NCBI GenBank assembly: GCA_040954595.2
Contig: CM082583.2
Coordinates: 2,283,209 to 2,347,208 of the forward strand
Length of the DNA stretch: 64,000 bases
Direction: 5' to 3'
From: Balanoglossus misakiensis
Lineage: Eukaryota; Animalia; Hemichordata
Shown: positions 52,801 to 60,800 of the stretch, piece by piece
Layout: every line of letters begins with the position of its first letter
How positions within the stretch are numbered: position 1 is the first letter of the stretch
Notes under the pieces: generated by a model
Told to the model about the DNA's origin: nothing
Database searches by the model: none
Seen by the model: only the letters and a program-made list of their open reading frames with translations
Program-made: the position numbers and the translations under genes

Positions 52801-55800
52801 ATCTTCAGTGCGAGAACAATAGAAAGTGCCAAATACAGGCATTGCATTGTATGATAAATGCATATATTACACAGTTTCCTGTAAATCTGCTTTATTACTA
52901 TTTTTATTACAGCATTTTCCAAGTTAATGCATGGAATACACTGGTCTCATTCCAATGTAGCTTGTGTGTTATATAAGATGACGTGCCTTCATTTTGAACC
53001 ATCACACAGTTTCATCCAATATAAAGCCTGACCATGGCGTGAATCAATATATAGCTGCTGTTTCATTATTTATCTTGACAATGTGAAAAAGTACTTACTT
53101 GTTCCTCTGGAGGCAAAACTTCTGGTTGTTGTTCTGCTTTCTTTTTCTTGGGATCGACAGGGGGTGGAGGAGGAGGATTTCTTTTCAACTGTAAAGCTGC
53201 TGCCAATACACTGTCCGATTCTAAATCATAGATGATAAGGTCTTGCATGGTTTTATTCAGGCCAATGAGATACTCAATCTGGTATGCTGTACTGTGTAGC
53301 ATCCTATAGCAGTCCGGGATGTACTGGTGTTGCTGTTAGAGGTAAAGCAATACATGATAAGAAATGACTATCAAGTGCCAAGAATATGATAGACATACTG
53401 TAAAACACTTTATTTTCGCGAGTTAAAATTTTCCGCGATATCGAGAGAGGCCACTGTTTCGCGAGTATTAATTTTCGCGTTCTATTTCATTCACTGCATC
53501 GTTATCTTCAAAAGAAATTTACACGACTTCTTATTTTCACGCTATTTTGGCTCTCGCATATTTCGCAAAAATTTATTGCTCGCGAAAATAAAGTGTTTTA
53601 CAGTATTTCATCGGGGCCAAGCCATTGTCAAAAATAGTCACTGCTGGATAAGAAAACATTGGACAAATGCGTAAAAAGAAAGTGGCTCTGAAAATGTTCA
53701 TAACAAAGTATACTGGCTGGGTATTACATTGAAGCATATGATAAAACAATCACGCCAAATACTTGGCATGCACATGTACCAGTATATTCTGTAAGTGCAG
53801 TCTCTTACTTTCTCTTTTTGCCATGCTATAGAAAATCGCTGTTTCAATTACCTTGTATATCAGTGATCTAGTAAGTATCCATTTGAAAACAGTGACGTAA
53901 TCCTGATTGTCCGTGGCTTCTTGAATCTTGGATTTGATGAAGACATTGGTGGTTTTCAGATTGCTCACACTGTATGGATTGTGCCTGTCTTCTGGACCAC
54001 CTTGTTGAAAATGGAATGCGGCCTGTAATGATCATAAGATGTCAAAATTGACCCGAGTGTAGTCTAACATGTTTCTGGGGAGACTTTGAGTCAACTCTAA
54101 GTGTGTCAGTCCTGTATCTTCACACTGAACTGGAGGTGGCACTAACTGTCGTTCTTGCAAGCTCCAACAATTTTTAAGTCCCATTTAGAGTGTATATATA
54201 CCATGGGACCTTATGGAAACAGTTGCGTCTGTATGTATGGATGGATAGATGTATGTCTGTTTATCCGTTCACATCAAATACTTAAAAAAGCTGTGGAAGA
54301 TAAATATATGGGACGAAATCAGTCGATGGAACCAGATCAAATCCGAAAATGGTCTGACATCAAATGTCAAAGGGCACGTTTGCTGATCAACATGTACAAC
54401 ATTTCCGTTGTAAACAAACCCGCGCATCATTTCAAGTGTTGCGGGCAATATTTACAGCTTGCATGTAGCTACAGTTGCCCAAACCTTTCTTCTATCTTCA
54501 TTAGGTAGCATTCCATGATGAATGTACGGAAAAAACGGGCAATTTTCGATGATGAAAAATGGATAAACATGAGAAATACTGGGGCTTTAACATTTACATG
54601 ACACTCCAAAACTCAGTGATTTACAATGAAATAACCAGTATAAACAGTAGCAAAGTTGGCCATTTTCATCATGTTTATATGGTGCACTCACCTTTTCGTG
54701 ACTGAAAAATGCATTCTGATACAAATTAGCTAGGTTGTAAGGAAAGAATGTGCGGTAACTGTAACAAGAAAAAAATTCATTCTTGGATGACGTGTCAAAC
54801 ATACGGTAACACTCTTGATTAGTCAGACACATTGTAATTGTGCTCTCCCTGAGGCTTTGAAAACTCATCTCAGTATGGTTGTATCACTGCTATTACAATC
54901 TACAAAATGTCTTCTTAAAATAGGATCTTTGGCAGAAATTTTGAGACATTCCTGCAAGAATACTTCTGATTGCCATACATACACATGGCTTATAGCAGCT
55001 AAAAATCCAATTTCTTATCTAAGCTGCTTTTGGCAATTTCCATGAAATAGAAAAGACATATTTTGAATGTACATGTATATATACTTACTCATCTTCAGTG
55101 TTCTCGACATAATGCAACAAGAGATGCTTGACAATTTTGAGGTATCTCCAGCCAATAGCTCTGTACACCTAAAAATAAATACAAGCATGAAATTTGTTAT
55201 ACAGCTCTTACTGGAAAAAGTGATACAAAACACAATTGACAGGGCCACAGGTCGTTGATGTTCAAATATGCCCTATTGTCATTTGTTGGAAAATTCATCC
55301 AATCGGATGTACCCTGATAGTCAATATGAGAATATCCAATCATTAACGATTCAAATTAACATTAATTATGCAAGCCACACCCACCAAAAACAAATCAGCT
55401 CTTCCCTTTCAAAACATTTGACTCCTGATATGTCTACCAGTACCTTTAGGGGGGGGGGGGGGGTAGGGGGGTAGGGGGTGTCATCTGAAACTCTTTTCTG
55501 TTTATTAACACACCATCAGTATTGTTACCACTGTTCAGGGAGACTGTCAACCGATACTATAATTATCAAAGTCACTCGGGAATGTGAAAAAAAGTAATGA
55601 TGCATTGTTTGCCATGGTCTGCATACAGTGAAATACCCTGCAATAGCAACCATATTGTTTTCAAGGAATGACATACATTGCAGTAGCTACACTTTCTGCC
55701 TACTCTGCTTTGCTAGCAACTATGCCGTAAGACCCATACTTGAAGCCACAAATCAGTTGACCCATCTGCTCGCTGGTAAATACAACTGTCATATGTTGTA

Positions 55801-56851
55801 ACCTACCCTCAAGTAAAGTGGTTGCTTTGTTTCCACTGCCTTGGAGACTTCCAGTTCAAACGCATTTGCTTTCTTTCTTATGTCATCCAAGCTCCATCTT
55901 GCTACATCTCCAACATACAGTCCCATCACGACAACAGAGTGGTCTTGGCTCAACTTCAGCACATAATTGCGAACTGTGGTCCAAGCATTAACGTAATCAT
56001 TAGGCTGTTGTATAATATCTTTGGAAGAAATAATTCTACAAAGAAGTGGACAACCTTGCAATGCCACAGATCCTACTGAATGCCATTGAAGCACTGCCAC
56101 ATCAATTAAAGAACCATGATCGAGCAGCCAAATTTCACATATATTTTTTTCCTAAATAAAAAAAACTTCGAATCTTCTCCCTATCCTTTAAAATCCTCAG
56201 CATTAAGCCACTGTACTTGTATTTGCATCAGTTTGTCATCTCTTGGTGACATATTCAACAATAGTTTTGTACTTTTTACATGGTGGCCGAATAAGGCTTG
56301 AGTTGCAAATGCATGAGTTGCGACTGGATAATTAGAAACATTAATAAGCTTTAAAAAATGATTTTAATTCTGTGTATTAAACGTACCAGGCATTAATTTA
56401 CGTGGCACTGCTGAATATTGTTCAATGCGTCACGTTTTATTATTAGCTGCAGCAAAATTTCTCAAATTTAATTCAGCTAGTATTAAAGGTAAATCATACC
56501 AGGTTCACACAGGATAAATTTTGAGATGGTTCTAAAGCTTTTCAGATAAGATACCGTCTTAAAAAAACATGTGTGGACGGTGTATAGTGGTTCTGAAACG
56601 GCTTAGATTTGAGACGGCTTTGCCGGTCAGACCTGAGCCGGTGTACATGTAAGGTTTAACACCTCTCCGCAACCCATTGTCTATGGGGCTGAGTCTCAGC
56701 GCCTATACATAAACTTCGTGTGTGTGGACACAACGCGACTCAAAGGATTAATGCATACCGTAGTTGTCCGGGTAAGAACCCCTGCTCGGACAAACACCCC
56801 CCCCCTGGTTTTAGGGCCCATTTGTAGATCGAGGCCATATCCGGTCTAAAG

Positions 56852-56888
<37 letters not shown>

Positions 56889-57828
56889 CCGAATATCCAT
56901 TAAATTCTTGGAAATTTAATAAAGTGCAATGCAAAAAAGGCGGATTTTCATCCCCAAAGTCACTAAAAGTGAAAAAAAAAATGTATGATGATTTACTTTC
57001 GCGCTGATTATCGTACCCACCGCGGCCGACTGGCCACGCTGAGTTATATATAGCCGCTCTAGAAAACATGACCTCAGACAGGTCCCTCGGGACCGTGCCT
57101 CGAATTCAACGATCACGTAGATGGACGCGCTGCCGCGTGTGAGGTCACCGGGGAGCTTTCCAAAGCGGCCGCGTGGAGCTGCTTCAGTCCGTCCTCGACG
57201 CGAAACACCCAACATTGGAAGATCCCGACTTGGACTCGGAGAATGAACCACTCAAAAATTTGCATAAAAGTCGAGGTGGCCATCCCTCATTTGCATAAAT
57301 CTCGAGGCCATATCCGGGCTAAAGCCCCCCCCTGTTTTTTCGCTAATCTGTTGGCCCAGCACCCGGGGCTCTTACCCGGCAAACTACGGTAATAAATCTC
57401 CTATATTATTACGATTATTATTAATTTCAATAACTTACTTATGTCAAGATAGATAAGCACTGCTTCACCATGGCAACCCTGAGGTCCTTTAAAGTAACAA
57501 TGCTCATGCAATTCCAAATCATTCAGATATGGCATCATGGCACCATACATTGGGGACCAACCACTGACAGCAAATGCCATTGCAATCTGTAAGGAATAAT
57601 AATAAAATTGATTGGTTGGTTGGATGGATGGATGGATGGATGGATGTCTGGACTTGACTGAACGACCGACTGACTGGCCTTGGTGGGACTGACTGAAGGA
57701 ATGAATGATGGATGGATGGATGGATGTCTGACTGAATGAATGACCGACAGACTGGACTTGATTGGACTGGACTTGATTGGACTGACTGACTGACTGACTG
57801 ATGGAATGAATGAATGAATGAATGAATG

Positions 57829-57871
<43 letters not shown>

Positions 57872-60800
57872 GAATCAATCAATCAATCAATCAATCAATG
57901 AATGAGTCAATCAATGAATGAGTCAATGAATGAATGAATGAATGAATGAATGAATGAATGAATGAATGAATGAATGAATGAATGAAGGAACTCTTTAACT
58001 GGTAGTACCAGTAGGACACAAAATAATTTACCTTCTTATGTATATATCATGACTAGGAATACGAACAGACAGTGGCACATGTACATGTATGCAAAACCCT
58101 AAGCATAACCAGCAAGCAGAGAAATAGTAATATAGCTACAGGGTAGTACATGTAGTTCAAAGCAGACATTATGCTTTGTAGCACCATAGGAAATTTGAGC
58201 GAAGTCAATCCTTTGAATCTGATAAAAGGAATTGTAGAGGCAACTGTTACAAGATAATTTATTTTCACGTTCTCATATTTCACTGCATCGTTATCTCCCA
58301 AAAACATTTTTTGGCTCTTGCATAGTTCGTGAAAATTTATCGTTCGCAAAAATTTCCCGTTTTACAGTTTTTCTCAATATATTTACACAGATGCTTTTGT
58401 TTATACTATGGTCCATTGAAATTCTGTGTTTCACCTGTTGTAATGACAGGAACACACTACCTAAAATACAATTTGCTTTTAAACTTTGTGCAATGCCCAG
58501 ATAGTACCATGCCATTTCTTGTTACCTTGAATTGACCTTTCCTCTGGGGGAAATCCGTGGTCACATACTGCTTTGCAACAGTGACAACTTTCTGGAAGTT
58601 TGCCACATCAATAACCGAGAAAGCTGTCTGGTGACCATACACATCACAACCACCCAGATGATAGATGTAGTTCTCACCATCCACCAGTTTGCATTCATTA
58701 TGGACCAACCTTGAGTTCAGGCCATCATTGCTTTCGCTCCATAAATTCATCCTACAAAGGAAAACAGAGTTTCATTAAAGTGTCTTCCCTCATAACGGAT
58801 GCATCAGTTTATGTTATACATTCTGTAAAACATGTTATTTTCGCGAGCGATAAACTTTCGCAAAATACGCGAGAGCCAAAATCGCATGAAAATAAAAAGT
58901 CGCGTAATTTTTTTTGAAGATAACGATGCAGTAAATGAAATAAGAGAACGTGAAAATTAATACTCGCGAAACAGTGGCCTCCCTCGATATTGCGAAATTT
59001 CAACTCGTGAAAATAAAGTGTTTTTATACAGTATGTAATACATATAACTCATGTACACTAAATACATGCAAAATTAACAAAGGAAAACCACACAAAGAAA
59101 TGGTCCACTAAGTCATTCTGGTAGAAAATTGCCAAAGCATGGCAAACACCCTGTTCTATAAAGCTATACTGTACAAAACATTATTTGCCTACTACTGAAT
59201 CTATGAAACTCTACTGTACAATGTCTGTACACACAAACCACAGCAAAGACACACTTTGTAAATCACACTAAATATATCATATGTCTGATTGAAGGAAAAA
59301 TCACACTTGTAAACGAGAAAATCCGTTTCATTAAAGGAGGTAACTGCCTCAAAAATCAAAGTCGTAAACTTTTCCTCTGATTTGCTCTTGAGGCTAAATT
59401 TAGGACAAAAAGTGGGGGGCCAGTGTGCAAAATATTCAATGAGAGAGCAAAACTCTCAAATTTTAAATTCCAAATTACCGCAATCTCTATGGAGAAACTT
59501 CAAATCTCAGTGATTTTTATACAAACATGACTGTGAACATCCTGTTTTCTACTTTGTTTTCAAAGAGGCTACTCAGGCACTGTAAATCAACAAAAATTGA
59601 AAGGTTCACAGGACTATCATTTTTCTGAAAATCTTTCCTCGAGGTGCTCTACTGGTAACTGCAAATGTGACTCATCATACTCACTTCATTCCGCTTTGTC
59701 TGAAGAGTGAAATCAATCTGGGATATGGATTTGGTGGCAGATGTTGTTCTGATAGAATACTGGACAGGAAGTTTTCATACATCAGATCAACTTTGGTATC
59801 CATCAAATACTGAAATATATAACACAATTGTTTGAATTTAAATACAGGGAAAATTAATCCAGTGTCCGGTTTGCTTTCCTTGGGTTGACAACTATATTTC
59901 CCCCATACAAGTAGAACATTGTAGCAATGTTTATCAGAAACTTGTATACATCTCTTCACGGCACAAAAAATGCGTACACAATTGAAAGCCAGTAATAGAA
60001 CACCACCCTAAATTGTTTTACCTGTCATGTTGCCTAAGTGAAAATTGCAACATTTCCGTGTGTAAATGTTGCAAAGTTATGTGCATGTCCATCGACTGTG
60101 TTTTTAACTTGTAAGCCTTGTTCAATACAATTTGCATATCTCTAGTGGCTAAAGTCAATGTATACTTGATTTACGGGTCTCTCAATTTTTATCTTGTATA
60201 ATTATGGTCAGAAATGCGTGAAATACCACTGAGTATAAAGTCTGACTGAAATTGATATAGGAGAGTCAGACTAATGGCTGCAGAATGGTGGATGCATATC
60301 TCTGAGGACTAAAAATAACAAGCTCAAAATCTGTGAAGACTAAAAACAACAAACTCCTCATAATCCAAAAGACTCGCCTGCATCAAGACTGCTTCTGTGG
60401 CCATAATTCCTGGTTTGTCACCAATATCAATACAATTCTGTACATTTATGACTGTAGAAGAGATAAAATATCAATAAGACAGGGAAGCACACCCTATCAA
60501 AATAAATAATATTGCCACCCTATATGTATAGTGTCATCTACTCTCAATTATAAGTTATTGAGTAGTATAAGAAAAGGTTTCTGACGTGTTACTAGTATTT
60601 ATCACTTGATACTTTGTATCAGATAATCATTAATAAAATTGTTTCTCACAGAATTTGTAAGCAAAACCTACTTTTACAAGCATTTCACCAAGATGAAACA
60701 GTGAATCTGAGATGCGGTACTAGGAGTGGTATGAGAATAAGTTGTGACTTACATTGCCTGTCATGTTGAATAATGGTCATGTCTTCCACACCATGTGCAA

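Noticed and set aside
57401-57838. ORFs rich in HSFI/SQSV
   Set aside because: Microsatellite translation; only 57586-57439 looks like a real exon.
59331-59640. TTAAAGG-starting Kolobok-like ends (also ~56483 and ~63986)
   Set aside because: No matching opposite terminus found, so boundaries cannot be supported.
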